From assembly GCF_009914755.1 (NCBI RefSeq), contig NC_060937.1: a stretch of DNA of 64,000 nt; one strand, 5' to 3'. The stretch is from the human T2T-CHM13v2.0 reference genome, Homo sapiens. A program made the translations under genes and the position numbers. The notes under the pieces are model-generated. The model was not told where the DNA came from. It did not search any database and saw nothing but the letters and a program-made list of their open reading frames with translations. This document shows, piece by piece, positions 1 through 13,904 of the stretch. How positions within the stretch are numbered: the stretch's first letter is position 1; every line of letters begins with the position of its first letter.

Positions 1-715
1 CCACCTCTAAAATGTTTTCTACCACTTTGTAACCCCCTCAACCTTTTGCCTGAAAGCCCAGGCAGCTACTACTCTGCTTTATGTAACTAGAATTTTTCAT
101 TAGTACAATTTAACAGGAATAAAATCATACAAGGTTTTTTGAATTTTACTTTTATTACTTAGTTTGATGTTGTGTGATCTACCCATATATTGCACATTGA
201 TATTATGTGTTTTGTTACTTCTGAGTGGTAGAACATATTATGGTAATACCATCAGTTTATCATTTTCACAATTAGTGAATATTTTGCTTCCACTTTTAAA
301 TAAATAATGTTGCTAATCAAGAGTGTGTTTGTGTGTATGCACGTTTGTATGGGCCTGTGTGTTAATTTCTATTGGGTAATGACTTAGGAGAGCAATTGTT
401 GGGTCTTGAGGTACAGTTTAAATTTACAAGATGCTTCTATACTATTTTTCAAAATGGGTGGACCATTTTTTAATCTCACCAATGACACGTGAGAGTTCCA
501 GTTGTTTAAACTCCTCGTAAAAATTTTATATTGTGGGTCTTTTTAACTTCAGTCATTTTTAATGGGTTGAAAGTAAAATATAATTATGGATTAATTTTAA
601 TTTTCCTCATGACTAATAATACTAAACATATTTTTGTGCTTATTCACCATTTGTAAGTCACCTTTTATGAAATAACTATTCCAGGTTGTTTTCTATTATC
701 ATATTGGATATAAGA
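1..715 (-). mobile_element. Ancient L1 (L1M/L1ME-like) 3' fragment
   Basis: Antisense L1 3'-region motifs, e.g. GGTGGACCATTTTTTAATCTCACC...GAGAGTTCCAGTTG...CTTTTTAACTTCAGTCATTTT; highly diverged. Confidence 0.6.
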
Positions 716-1166
716 CATTATCAAGTTATAATATAATACAAAAACGGTGATAAATTAAAAAAATGTAAATAGCATGGAATCGTAATACCCATAGAAGAAA
801 GAGTTAATGGAGAAGAAATATTTGATATAATAATGACCAACAGCTTTTCAAAATTAGTGACAAACACCAAAACACAGATGCAGCTAACAAAAAGCACAAC
901 TAATACCTTAAGAATCATATATTGCCATATCATATTGAAACTTTAGAAAATCTTAAGATAACAAAAAAAATTAAAGAAGCCAGTGTATGGTAGGGAGAAA
1001 CACCTTACCTACTGAAAAACAAGAGTAAGTATTACAAAGTGTGTCTCATAAGAATCCATGCAAGCAAGAAAAGAGTAGAGCTACAAAGTCTTGAAAGGGA
1101 AAAACAAATCACTATTAAACTAGATTTCCATATATAGCAAATTTATCTTTCAGAAGTAGAGAAGAG

Positions 1167-1300
1167 GGCTGGGTGTGGTGGCTCATGCCTGTAATCCCAG
1201 AACTTTGAGAGGCTGAGGCAGTTGGATCACTTGACCTCAGGAGTTTGAGAGCAGCCTGGGCAACATGGCAAAACCCCATATCTGAAAAAAAAAATAAGAA
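1167..1300 (+). mobile_element. FLAM / Alu left monomer
   Basis: GGCTGGGTGTGGTGGCTCATGCCTGTAATCCCAG...AAACCCCATATCT followed directly by an A-rich tail. Confidence 0.85.
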
Positions 1301-1979
1301 AAAAGAAAGAAAAAGAAACAACAACAAGAAAATTAAAGGAGAAGTAAAAGAAATAAAGACATTCTTAGTCAAAAATATCTGAGGAAATTAATAAGACTTT
1401 CATCAGACAGAAGAAAAATAATACCGGGCAGAGACTTGAATCTATGTAAATAAAGGAAGAGTATCAGAGGAGGAATAAGAAACTGAATAAAATATTTTAT
1501 TTTTCTCAGTTTTAATTTATCTAAAAGACAACTGTTCAAAATAATAATGGTAGCAATATTACGTTATGATAGCACATGGATAAGTGAAATAAATCAAAGT
1601 ATTGTCACACAAAATGGAGGGAATAATTGAAAATAGTGGGTTAAAAGGAATCTGCACTAAACTTACAGTAAAACTGGTTCCAACTAAAAATGAACTAAAA
1701 TCAGTCAGACATAAATATTTTTAATTCTAGGAACAAAAATTAAAGATGTAACCACAGTTGATACATTAAAAGATGAGATTAGACGTATATATATATATAT
1801 ATTTTAATCATACCAGAGAGGATAGAAAAAGAAGACTCTGGCAACAAATAAAAACAGTTCCTAACATGGTAGCTATCAATCCAACTATCTGTATCAATAA
1901 TAACTTTAAATATGAATAGTCTACACTCACCATTTAAAAGATAAGGATGGACAAAGTGGCTTATAAAAAGGCTTACCTA

Positions 1980-2285
1980 GGCCAGGCCTGCCAGCTCATG
2001 TCTGTAGCCCCAGCACATTAGAAAGCCAAGGTGAGAGAATAGTTCGAAGCCAAGATTTCGAGACCAGACTGGGCAATATAGAGAGACCCATCTCTACAAA
2101 AAATAATTTAAAATAATTAGCCAGATATGATGTTGTATGCATGTAGTCCTAGGTACTCAGGAGGCTGAAGTATGAGGACTCCTTGAGCCCAGGAACTGAA
2201 TGCTGCAGTGAGTTATGACTGTACTACTGCATGCCAGCCTGGGCAACAGAGCAAGACCCTATCACACAAAAGAAAAAAGAAAGAA
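1980..2285 (+). mobile_element. AluJ
   Basis: Dimeric Alu, heavily diverged, with AluJ-type GAGGACTCCTTGAGCCCAGG and GACCCTATC and an A tail. Confidence 0.85.
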
Positions 2286-2899
2286 GCCCCAGCGATATGT
2301 TGTCTAAAAGAAACCCACTTTAAATATAAAGACTCTAAAGTAAAAAGATGTAACATTTTAGTGCTAATCAAAACAAAGCTGGAGGAGTTATATTAATTTC
2401 ATAAAAAGCACACTTTGCATTAAAAAGTTATCACAGTAAAGAGGGTCATTACACTATGATTAGACAATCAAATCTCCAATACTACATGACAATCCTAAGC
2501 CTGTATGTATCTAACAACAAAATGTCAAAATATATGAGGTGAAAACAAGTAAAACTGAGCAGAGAAGTAAATAAATCCACTATTAGAGTTGGGAAGTTCA
2601 ACAACATTCCCCATCAGTTACTGATAGATCAACAGGGCAGAAAATCAATAAGAATATAGTTGATCTAAACAGCACTGTAAATCAGCTTGATCAAACTGAG
2701 GTTCATGGAAAACTTCATTCCCTCCTCAGGAAGATCTTATTGTTTTCTAGCTTGCATAGAACTTTCTCCAAAATAAACCACATTCTGGGGCATAAAACAT
2801 ATATTAACAACTTTAAAAGAATAGAAATTATGTAAAGTTTGTTATCAGACTCCATTTGAATTAAATTAGAAGTGTATAATAGAAAAATAGTTGAAAATT

Positions 2900-3790
2900 T
2901 CTTTTTTTAATCAACTTTTTAATTTTAATTTCAACTTATATTTTTCTTACATGGGAGTATTGCCTGAGGTTTGGGGTGTATATCCTATTACACAGGTAGT
3001 AAGCATAGTACCGGATAGGTACATTTTCAACCCGCTTCCCTCCTCTGTCCACAGTTTCTATTGTTCCCATATTTATGTCCATGTTTGCTCAGTGTTTAGC
3101 TCCTACTTATAAGTGAGAACATGTGGTATTTGGTTTTCTGTTCATTCCTATATTAAGTAGCATGTGTGCTCAATGTTTAGCTCCTACTTATAGGTGAGAA
3201 CATGTGGTATTTGGTTTTCTGTTCTTTCCTATATTAAGTAGCTTAGGATCATAGTCTCCAACTCCTTCCATGTTGCTGCAAAGAATGTGATTTCATTCCT
3301 TTTTATGGCTACACAGTATTCTGTGGTGTATATGCACTAGATTTTCTTTATCAAATTTACCATTGATGAGCACTTGGGTTGATTCCATGTCTTTGCTATA
3401 GTGAATAGCACAGCAATAAACACCCATGTGCATGTGTCACTCTTCTTGGTAGAGTGATTTTTTTTTCCTTGGGGTATAAACCCAGGAATGAGTTGATAGG
3501 TCAAATGGTACTTGTTTTAAGTTCTTTGAAAAATCCCCAAACTTCTTTCCACATTTTTTAGTAATAGCCATTCTGACTGGTGTTAGAATGTATCTCATTG
3601 TGGTTTTGATTTATATTTCTCTGTTGATTACTGATACTGGCCATTATTTCATGTTTGTTGGCTGCTTATATGTCTCCTTTTAGGAAATATCTTTTCAAGT
3701 CCTTTGTTCATTTTTTAATGGGGTTGTTTTTAGCTTGTTGATATATTTATGCTTCCTATAGATTCTGGATATTAGACCTTTGTTGGGTGA
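2900..3790 (-). mobile_element. L1PA/PB-type 3' end (antisense), non-inverted arm of a probable 5'-inverted insertion
   Basis: T-rich tail at ~2900; CTCCTACTTATAAGTGAGAACATG; TTCCATGTCTTTGCTATAGTGAATAG; GATTCTGGATATTAGACCTTTG. Confidence 0.85.
3081..3242. repeat. 81-bp tandem duplication (2 copies, 4 mismatches) within L1 3'UTR
   Basis: 3081-3161 and 3162-3242 align directly. Confidence 0.95.
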
Positions 3791-4657
3791 ACATTGACAT
3801 TTAGGCAGAAATTTAAAAATTATTGAAAATTAATGAAAATAGGAACACAACTTACCAAATCTCTGAGATGCAGCCAAAGTAGTCTTAAGAGGAAAGTTTA
3901 TAGCCCTAAGTGTCTTCATGGATAAGTCAGACAGGTCTCAAATGAGCAATCTAACTTTGCACCTAATGGACATAGAAAAGAAAGAACAAACCAATCTCAA
4001 AGCTAGCAGAAGAAAATAAACAACTAAAATTAGAAAAGAAATTAATAAAATTGAGACGCAAAAAGCCATACAAAAGATCAGTGAAAGCAGGAGTTCTTTT
4101 TTTGAAAAAAATAAATAAGATTGACAGACTGCTAGCTAGATTAAAAAAGAAAAAGAAAGAGAAGATCTAAATAAGCACAATCAGCAGTGACAAAGGTGAT
4201 TTACCACTGACCCACAGAAATACAAAAGATCCTCAGAGACTACTATGAACAATTCTATGCACAGAAACTGGAAAATCTAGAGAAAATGGATAAAGTCCTG
4301 GAAAGACACAATCTCCCTAGATCTAATCAAGAATTGATCAAAGTGCTGAATAGAACAATTTAAACTTCTAAAATTGAATCAGTGATAAATAACCTACCAA
4401 TTTAAAAAGGCCTGGGCCAGATGGATTAACAGTCAAATTCTACCAAATGTACAAAAACTGATACCAATCCTCCTGAAACTTCTGAAAAACTGAGGAGGAA
4501 CTCCTTCCTAACTCATTCTACTAAGCCACGATCAGCCTGACACCAAAATCTGACAGAGACACAAGGGAAAAGAAAAATCTTCAGGCTGATATTTCTCATA
4601 AATGTAGACAAAAAATCTTCAACCAAATATTAGCAAACCAAATCCAGCGGCACATCT
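3791..4657 (+). mobile_element. L1PA/PB-type ORF2 segment (sense), inverted arm
   Basis: CCACTGACCCACAGAAATACAAAAGATCCTCAGAGACTACTATGAAC; ends AACCAAATCCAGCGGCACATC; less diverged than the surrounding L1M. Confidence 0.8.
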
Positions 4658-5203
4658 AAGCCAAATTCTTAAATACTTGGAAATGAAATAAAACATTTCC
4701 AAATAATACAAAATGTAAACATAAAATCTCTAGAGAAATTTTTAAATATTATGAACTAAATGAAGGTGAAAACACAACTTATTAAAATGCGTGAGATGTA
4801 GTGAAAAGAGTGCTTAGAAAAAAATTTAAGATAAATGCATATATTAGAAAAAAAGAAAAATCTAAAATTCATAACCTAATCTTTCATTAGGAAACTAGAG
4901 AAAGGAGAACTAGTTAAGTCTTAAGTAAGCAGAAGAACATAAATAATAAACATTATAGCATAAATCAATAAAATTAAAAATGGGGAAGCAGTAGGGAATT
5001 TCAACCAAACCAAAAGCAATTTCTTTCCAAATGTTTAAGTTTCTACACAGGATAACAAAGATACAAAGAGAAAATACACAAAGGACGAACTTCAGAAATG
5101 AGACACTACTTAAAGAAATTAAAAGGATAACAAATAATATTACAAACACCTCTGTACTTATTTGGTAAATTAAAAGAAAATAAACAAAAATCTCAAGACA
5201 AAA

Positions 5204-5445
5204 ATGAGCCCAGGAGTTTTAGAGCAGCCTAGGCAATGTAGGGAGACCTTGACTCCACAAAATATAGAAAAATTAGCCGGGCATGGTGGCATGTGACTGT
5301 GATCCCAGCTACTCAGGAGACTGAAGTGAGAAGATCCATTAGCCTAGGAGATTAAGGCTGCAGTGTGCTGTGACCACACCACTGCACTACAGCCTGGGAG
5401 ACAGAGGGAGACCCTGTCTCAAAACAAAAATGAAACAAGAACAGA
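5204..5445 (+). mobile_element. AluJ, 5'-truncated
   Basis: TGAGCCCAGGAGTTT...AAATTAGCCGGGCATGG...GACCCTGTCTCAAAACAAAA. Confidence 0.85.
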
Positions 5446-6555
5446 AAACATATGGAATGCTTCAATAAAGGCACCTTCATCTTAATACCAAAACCAGATA
5501 AAGATGTGACTAAAAAGGAAAACTGCTGACTAATATCTTTCATGAACACAGACACAAACATCCTCAACAAAATTTTAGTCAAATACAGCAATAAATTAAA
5601 GTAATTATAAACCTTGGCCAAGTGAGATTTGTTCCTGTGTTGTGTAATACTGGAATTGGCTCTCAAATACAAAAAAATGGTTCAACATTTGAAGAATAAT
5701 CAATCTAATCCACCACACCAACAGACTAAGAAGAAAATATATATGTTCTTAAGAATTGATGTAAGAAAGCATTTGGAGAAATTCAAGAATCATTCGTGGA
5801 AAAACTTACCAGAAACCCAGGCATCAAAGGGATCTTTCTCAGGTTTATTTAAAAAGAAATCTATAAAGAAGCCCTTCAGCTGCCAGTAAACAAAGTAAAG
5901 ACACTGATCACCTTCTTCATACTATTGAAAAGATAAGGATGTCTTCTCTCACAAATCCTACTAAATATCATAATCAAATTCCTAATTAGCACAATTAGAA
6001 ACTGCTAGAACAAATAAGTTATTCAAAGTTACAAGGTACAAGGATAATATATGGATGTCAGTCGTTGTCCTACATAGTAGCTGTAAACCACTAGAATTTT
6101 TAAGTTAAAATATTTATAGTCACACCCCAAAACCAAAATACTCCTGCATTTTGACTGTGACAAACACAGATTCACTACAAAAAAAAGTTGACTGCAAAGA
6201 TAGTCAACTGATATTTGACAATATATCAAAGGAAAACAAAAAAAGATAATCTTTTTAACCCAAAGTGCTAGAACCATACCAATTGGGCAAGAAATTTAAC
6301 ATACATTTAATTTAACAGAGACATTACATATTACATGAAACATTACTCAAAAGTAATCATAGACCTAAATGCTAAACACAATGCTGTGAAACTGCTGAAG
6401 ATAACAAAAAAACCTACATGAACTTGGATTTGGTAATGAATTTTTATATACAACACCAAAACAATGCCCATTAAAGAAAAAAAAAGTTAGACCATATTAA
6501 AATTAAGTCTAACTTAATTAAATTAATGACTTTCTCTCTGACAGTCATTGTGAAT

Positions 6556-6863
6556 GGGATGAAATTGGAAATCATCATTCTCAGTAAACTATCTCAAGGA
6601 CAAAAAACCAAACACCATATGTTCTCATTCATAGATAGGAATTGAACAATGAGAACACATGGACACAGGAAGGGGAACATCACACTCTGGGGACTGTTGT
6701 GGGGTGGGGGGAGGGGGGAGGGATAGCTTTAGGAGATACACCTAATGCTAAATGATGAGTTAATGGGTGCAGCACACCAGCATGGCACATGTATACATAT
6801 GTAACTAACCTGCACATTGTGCACATGTACCCTAAAACTTAAAGTATAATAATAATAAAAAAA
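6556..6863 (+). mobile_element. Young L1PA (L1PA2-4-like) 3' terminal fragment
   Basis: Near-consensus 3'UTR with G-tract GGGGTGGGGGGAGGGGGGAGGG and GTACCCTAAAACTTAAAGTATAATAATAATAAAA. Confidence 0.9.
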
Positions 6864-9296
6864 GGAATAACAATATTAATCACAGACTGGGAGAAAATAT
6901 TTGCAAAATATGTATCGGATATAAGACTGATATCTAAACTATACAAATATCCTTAAAACTCAATAATAAAAAAAAGCAAAACTTTTTTTAAAAAAGCAAC
7001 TATCTGAACAGACATCTCACCAAAAATTACATACAGATGAACAATTAGCCTACATAAAAATATTCAAATTATTTGGCTTTAAGGAATTAAATATTAAAAC
7101 AGCAATGAGTTACAACGACACACCTTTTACAATGGCTAAAATGGAAAACAAATCATCGCAAAAACTAACAATGCATATTGAGAATGGAGAGCCACAGGAA
7201 GTCTCATCAGTTTCTGGTAGGAATGAAAACTGGTAAAGCCACTTGGGAAGACAGTTTGGCAGTTTATTACAAAAATGAAACAGTCTTACCATATGATCTA
7301 CTAATTTCTGAATTTGTACACTGATTTGAAAACTTACATCAACAACAACAACAAAAAAACTGCATGTGAATGGTTTTAGCAGCTTTATCAACAATTGCCA
7401 ATAAATGGAAGCAATGAAAATATGTTTCAACCGGGGAGTAAACAAACTGCAGCATATCTGTACAATGAAATGTTATTCAGTGATAAAATATTAAATGATG
7501 AAAATACATAGACAAATCTTAGATTCTTATTTCTAGTGTAAAAGAAAAGCTAGACTAATAAAGATGAATACTCTATGATTCCAATTATATGTCATTATGG
7601 AAACCTACAGAGACAGTAAACAAATCAGTGATTGCCAGGAACCTGGGTGGTAAGAATTGATAGATGAAGCACAGGAAATATTTTAGGGCACTGATGCTAT
7701 TCTGTATTACACTGTAATAGTGAATATAAGAGATTAAGCATTTGTCAAAACCTATGGAACTTTATAGAACAGAAATTAAATCTCATTATATATAATTTTA
7801 AAAAATGCATGTAGGAGGACAGGGATTTCCTGAGTGGAATACAAATATGATACAGAAACTAAATACATTACAAATGTATAAAACAACCTCACTGAAAGGT
7901 GGGGGAATAAGGGATTAATGAGTAATTTTGGAAATAAGTGAGGTCTATAAGAGTAAAGGCAAAAGAAACTATATTTAATACTGTACTGCAGTATTAAGTC
8001 ATTCTCATGATGGTATGAGGTTACATGTTAATCATTCCGAAACTATTATACATGTATACTCTAGCTGAACATTTACATAAACTGATGGCATATTTTTAGA
8101 ACCAGGTTTCTCATTGTTAGACTGGGAATTTATGAATAAACAAGGGGAGAAACCTAGAAAGATCCATGGGGTAATAGATTCGAGTTTGAGATATCAATAT
8201 TAATTTATGTTCCATTTACTATAGATACAGCTGCTGACCCATGGAAATGTTTAGAAATATGTGTACTCATACACATTTTTTGTTGCTATGTCAGCTAGCA
8301 GAACCTAGATGCATCTCAGAAGCAACAAGCACACCTAGCTCCCAAATCTTGGTTTCTAACATAATTTGCCGATAAAAGAAACCACGGCTTATTGGAGAAA
8401 TGACTAAGATTGGGGGTGGGGGCGTAAAATATACAAAATGAGCACGAAACATCTTGTGTTGGCAGATAGTATGAAAATACTGATGAGAAAGAAGAAAAAG
8501 ACAAAGACAAACAAAATCCAGAAAAATAGACATATATATCTAAGGAACACAGAAAGCAACTGAAATCGCTCCCATCTGACCAAGCTGCAATAATTTAGCA
8601 ACAAAATAAATAAGGTATTATGGAATCATAATGCAAAGTATTAAAAAACAATGAGTCTGTACTGATATAAATAAACGGTTTAATAAATAAATAAATCTCT
8701 TAAAAAATACGGATAATACATGTTGATATTTCACCTTTAAGGAGGGGATCATGACTCCTATTCATTAAGTGTGGGCCATGTACAGTGATTTCGTTTTAAA
8801 GAATAAATGAGAAAGGGATAAGAAATAGTAAGTTTATGGTGGCAAAACCTAACAAACATTAGTTTAAGCTATATGATTAATGCTAGTGTCAACAGTGATA
8901 AGTCACGTTGATAGTGTTTACTCTTAACTAACGTGATTAGAATATCACTTTTTACCTTTAAAACTTTTTCCAAACGTACATGACCCCAGTGTAATCATTA
9001 GAAAAGCATCAGACAAATCCCAGTGGATGACAATCTATAAAATATCTGACCAGAATTCATCAAAGGTTTTAAGGTCATCAAAACGTGAAAAGTCTGAAAA
9101 ACTGTTACAACCAAGAGGAGCCAAAAGAGACAGAACTACTAAATGTAATGTGGGATTCTGGAATCGAAAATGAATATTTGAAGAAACAAGGAAATCTGAA
9201 TAAATATGGGCACTAGTTAATAATAATATTTTAATATTTGTTAATTAATTTGACATATATCATACAAATGTAAGATGCTAATAAAAAAGAAATTAA

Positions 9297-9601
9297 GGCC
9301 GAGCGCGGTGGCTCACGCCTGTAATCCCAGCACTTTGGGAAGCTTAGGTGGGCGGATCACCTGAGGTCAGGAGTTCAAGACAAGCCAACATCATGAAACC
9401 ACATCTCTACTAAAAATACAAAAATTAGTCGGGCGTGGTAGTGGGCATCTGTAATCCCAGCTACTCAGGAGGCTGAGGCAGGAGAATCGCTTGAACCTGG
9501 GAGGTGGAGGTTTCAGTGAGCAGAGATCACATCATTGCACTCCAGCCTGGGCAACAAGAGCGAAGCTCCGTCTCAAAAAAAAAAAAAAAAAAAAAAAAAA
9601 A
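9297..9601 (+). mobile_element. AluS (Sx/Sq-like)
   Basis: Full dimer with GGATCACCTGAGGTCAGGAGTTC, long poly-A, TSD GAAATTAA on both sides. Confidence 0.92.
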
Positions 9602-9644
9602 GGAAATTAAGTGTGGTATATTAGAGAATTCTTTATACTAGTTC

Positions 9645-10140
9645 TTTTAAACAGCTTTTGTAAGATATAATTCATATACCACATTATTCAACAAATTAAA
9701 ATGTCATTCAGTGATTATTAGTATATCCACAGATATGTATGTGCAAAGCACCCACAATTTTAGAACAGCCTCATCACCTCAAAATCAGTCTCACACCCTT
9801 AAGCTCTGACCCACTATGCTCCCATCCTCCTTCCCTAGCCATAAGCAGCTACTTCTGTCTCTACAGCTTTCTCCATTCTGGACATTTCATTTAAATGGAA
9901 TCATACTTTATGTGGTCTTTTGTGACTGCCTTTTTTTTTAACCCAGAATACAAGTTTAAAGTTTCATCCATATTGTGGCTTATATTCGTACTTCATCTTT
10001 TTGTGGTAGAAAAATATTCTATTGCATGGGTATGTCATATTTTATTTATTCATTCATCAGTTGATGACCATTTCTGTTGTTTCTGTCTTTAAGCTATTAT
10101 GAGTGATGCTACTATACACATTTTCATGTGGACATAGTTT
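9645..10140 (-). mobile_element. L1MB-type 3' end
   Basis: AACAGCTTTTGTAAGATATAATTCATATACC; TTCTGGACATTTCATTTAAATGGAATCATAC; TTCATCAGTTGATGACCATT. Confidence 0.75.
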
Positions 10141-11984
10141 TCAAGAGGTTTCTAGTTTATTTTCTTCATTTCAATATCCTTGTAATTCTTTTGATAACTA
10201 ATTATGTTATAGGCTGCATATTTTTATTATATAAATGATGTATATATTAACAGAATGACCACAATACAGTAAACTTTTTAATATATTGAGCAATATTTTA
10301 AAATACAACTTACATCATGGCATATGCAACTTTTGTATTGTACGGAATGCATAAAATGTGATACATAATTGCCTTACCTATGTTAGTAAGAGCTGAGAAA
10401 CCCCAGATATAATTGATTAGATATCTATATGCAAATGAGATTCATAAATTTTAAGGCAGAGCTTTTGGAAATATCTGTCATATCTGCTTCCTTCTAGTGT
10501 TATCCTAATTATAAGTATTTGAAATGAAGATTTTGTATCATATGATTCATATCGCCATCAGAAATGTTAATTTCCTTTTTCATGATTCTGACATATGTGC
10601 TATACAGTTCAGGATGATACTGATGAAAATGTTAAAAATGTATAAGTTGCCCTTTCCCTTCTTTTTAAATTAAATAACACCACTCAAATGTAATAATGCC
10701 TAGAGCCAAAAGAATTCCGTTTAAACCCGTAGCAGTCCTCAAATTCCTATAAATAACAACACATTATTAATTAACAAAACGGTCCAATTAATATTGATGC
10801 CTAAAAACCAAGTAAAGTTGTGTCTTAAATCCTTAGAAAGTAGGACGTTTTGACACCCTGTGGACTACAAATTCCAGGAAATAAATTTAAAAGCAGAATT
10901 TTTAGTTTATTTACGTTTCTTAGTCATTCCTATCATTTATATGTATTCCCAGAAGATAGTGCTTCCTTTATTATAAACTTCACATACTTCCCCAATCAGT
11001 GTAGCTGAATGATTATATGATCACAGATATAATATAATAAATGAAGATCAGTTTTTTATTTTATAAAACAAAAAAGCTGCTTAAAAAATCTATGTCAATA
11101 TTCAACACAAATTTGAGTTGAAGATAGCTATAGTGTAATTTAGATCAAAGACATTTTGATTTCAAATGAGTTAAAATATTTTAAACTACCTGCTCATTTG
11201 TTATACCATTGCTTCTTAATAGGCAATATATACCAGAATGTTCTCTATTGCTGTTGTAGTTTTACCAAATGTAATTTTTAGTAAATTTGTTTAGGCAAAA
11301 AAAAATTGCTGTTATGTTGGGTGCCTTCCTTTCCTTAAACTGGAGCTCTTCTTCCTCTATTGTTATATTGGCCATGAATTAGCAGTTGGCTACTTTAATT
11401 CACTAATTCATCCATTTATTTGTCCACAGCACATATGAAACATCTGTTAGGTAGCCGACACTGAGTTTTGTTAAGCCATTTTTTTAAATCACAGAAAATG
11501 AAGGCTCACAACACTGATATCCTTGGTGCATCCTAGAAGCCTCTCCTGTTAACCTTTTTAAAATCATTTTAAAGTAAATACAAAGTAAAAACTATTACAT
11601 AAAATATTTTATTATGAATTTTAGGAAATAGAAATAACAAAACTAAAATATTCGAGAGAAAAAATATATGACACTTTTCACAACTAAACAAGATAATGTT
11701 GACTGGCTATCAGGCTCAAACCTAATGCTGGATCTCCTCTTCCTTTTCTACTTTTTTCTTCTCTTCTCAAACAAAACATTTATATTTTTTCAATAATAAC
11801 TTCCTCAACCATATCATTGATTTTTAACAGAATACTTGATAAATCAAATGCCTATTTATGACTCAGCTATTTTGTGACAGCCATTGTATAATTAGAAAAA
11901 AAGGGAGTAAAATTTCTCATGAACTATTGGATGACAAGAATGTATGTAAAATTATGGCACATTAATACAGTACATAAATTCTAT

Positions 11985-12435
11985 TAAACTATATGGTGCC
12001 CCCCAAAAAGATATGCCCATATCGTAATTCCTGGAACCTATGAATATTAACTTCTATGGTAAAGGGTGATTGTAACATAATGGCAAAGTATGTGAACCAT
12101 CAAGGATTTTAGAAGGAAGTGCTTACACTGGATCATCCAAGTAAACCCTAAATCCAAGGATCAAGAACCTTACAACATGAGGCAGAGGGAAATTTTACAC
12201 AGGAGAACAGAAGGTAATGGAACCACAGAGGTAGAGACTGAAGTGATGCAGCTACATGTCAAGAAACATCTTGGGCCATCAGAAGATGAGATGCAAAGAA
12301 TGAGTTCTCCCACAGAAAACTCAAATAGAGAATGGCCTTGCCAGATTTTGGCCTCTAGAACTGTAAGATAACCTTCTACTATTTTAAGCCAGCAAGTTTG
12401 TGGTAATTTTTTTATGCAGCCTCAGGTGTGTAATA
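11985..12435 (+). mobile_element. MaLR LTR (MLT1C/D-like)
   Basis: CCCCCAAAAGATATGCC...CCTGGAACCTATGAATAT...GGCCTCTAGAACTGTAAGATAA...TTTAAGCCAGCAAGTTTGTGGTAATTT. Confidence 0.8.
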
Positions 12436-13904
12436 ATTATATACATATATGATTACACACACACAAACACAATAGCAACCAATACTCAGAGGGACGTACA
12501 AGAAAAGATTGGCTTCCATGGAATCGTTTAGATTTCAACTCAGTTTTAACCTCTCCTATCTGCTTCCTTTCACTCTCCTTTATATTTCCTAGTTTACTAA
12601 TACACATGTCAATTATTACCTTTGAATATCACTTGTTCTATTTATCTGTTTCTCTTTTTTGTTTGTACATTTTGTTTCTCACCAAGAGAAACTAAGCATC
12701 ATACGGGCAACAAGCGTATCTTTGACGCGGAGATTGTTAAATAAATGCTGAGTAAATAAAATAAATGAGGCTTAAAACCTTGTATTGGTTTTTCTGAAGA
12801 CAAACATATGAAGATAATATTCTTAATATACCCATTATATTAATTTGAATCATGTATTTTAAGAACACATACTAAAATGATCATGTATTGTCAAACTACC
12901 CCTTCCTACCAAAAACTACTTCTTTCTCACACTTTTTCTTTTATCTGCAAGCATCTATTTTTACCTACGTAGGCCAAAAATTCCTATTATTCTTAATCTA
13001 TTTTCTTCTCTCAAGTCATCTATTATCAAATCCATTACCAAGCTCTAATGAAGTCATCTAAAACATTGATGTATATAGTATAATTCTCTATTGAAAAAAG
13101 ACAAATAATCCTCAATATATGGACACAAATGTCTTTATATCTTTACTTATATAGAAATAATAGAATATAAAGTTTTATACTAGGTGGTCAAAAATTGATT
13201 ACCTCGAGGACATGAGACAGTGTCAAGTGTATATCTGTGTGTATGTGTGTGTTTGAGGAAGAAACAAGGAAGAAAATTAACTTCACATCTCTACATTCTG
13301 TGTTAAATTTTAATTGTTAAAATATGCATGAATTAGTTTTCTAATTTTAAATAAAGTGAAGAAAATTTAAAGATAAAATCTTTTGAATTTTTTAAAATCT
13401 CATTTTCATTTTTTACCACCATTTTAATGCAGTATAGAGTTCCCTCATTCTTGAACTAATATATTTTATTTTCTATCCATGAGTATCCTATCATTTTAGT
13501 CCATCCTACACACTTCCCAGATTTATCTTTATATAACTCAATTTTAAAACTTATACTCACTCTATGGCCCATAAAATTATTAACAAAGATGAACATAATA
13601 CCCATAATGTTATAAATGAAACCCCAAATATTCCAACATACCCTTATATTATTTTCCTTTCCTTTATGGAAGAACTAAACTCTCGGTGTCCAAAATAAAA
13701 CTTGGGAATTTGTTTTTCCAATCAAGGTTGTATCTCCTATGCTGTCTCTAGTAATAGATACATCACAATTTTTAACCATATGTAATTATCTAAGTCGACA
13801 TAACCTTTCTGATACTAACACAAAATTACATCTCTATCTTTAAAAACATATGATTTTAATATATTCAAGATATGTGTAAACTTGCCTTTTTAAAATAAAT
13901 AGTA

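Larger units (their letters stand above)
720..9290 (+). mobile_element. Long degenerate old L1 (L1MC-like) from ORF1 end through ORF2 to long 3'UTR, interrupted by younger inserts
   Basis: A-rich sense L1 remnants in collinear order: ORF1-like (~760-1450), endonuclease-like (TGTTGTCTAAAAGAAACCCACTTTAAATATAAAGAC ~2300), RT-region pieces (5460-6000), ORF2 3' end (6870-7500), L1MC-type 3'UTR (7600-9290); no open frame. Confidence 0.7.
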
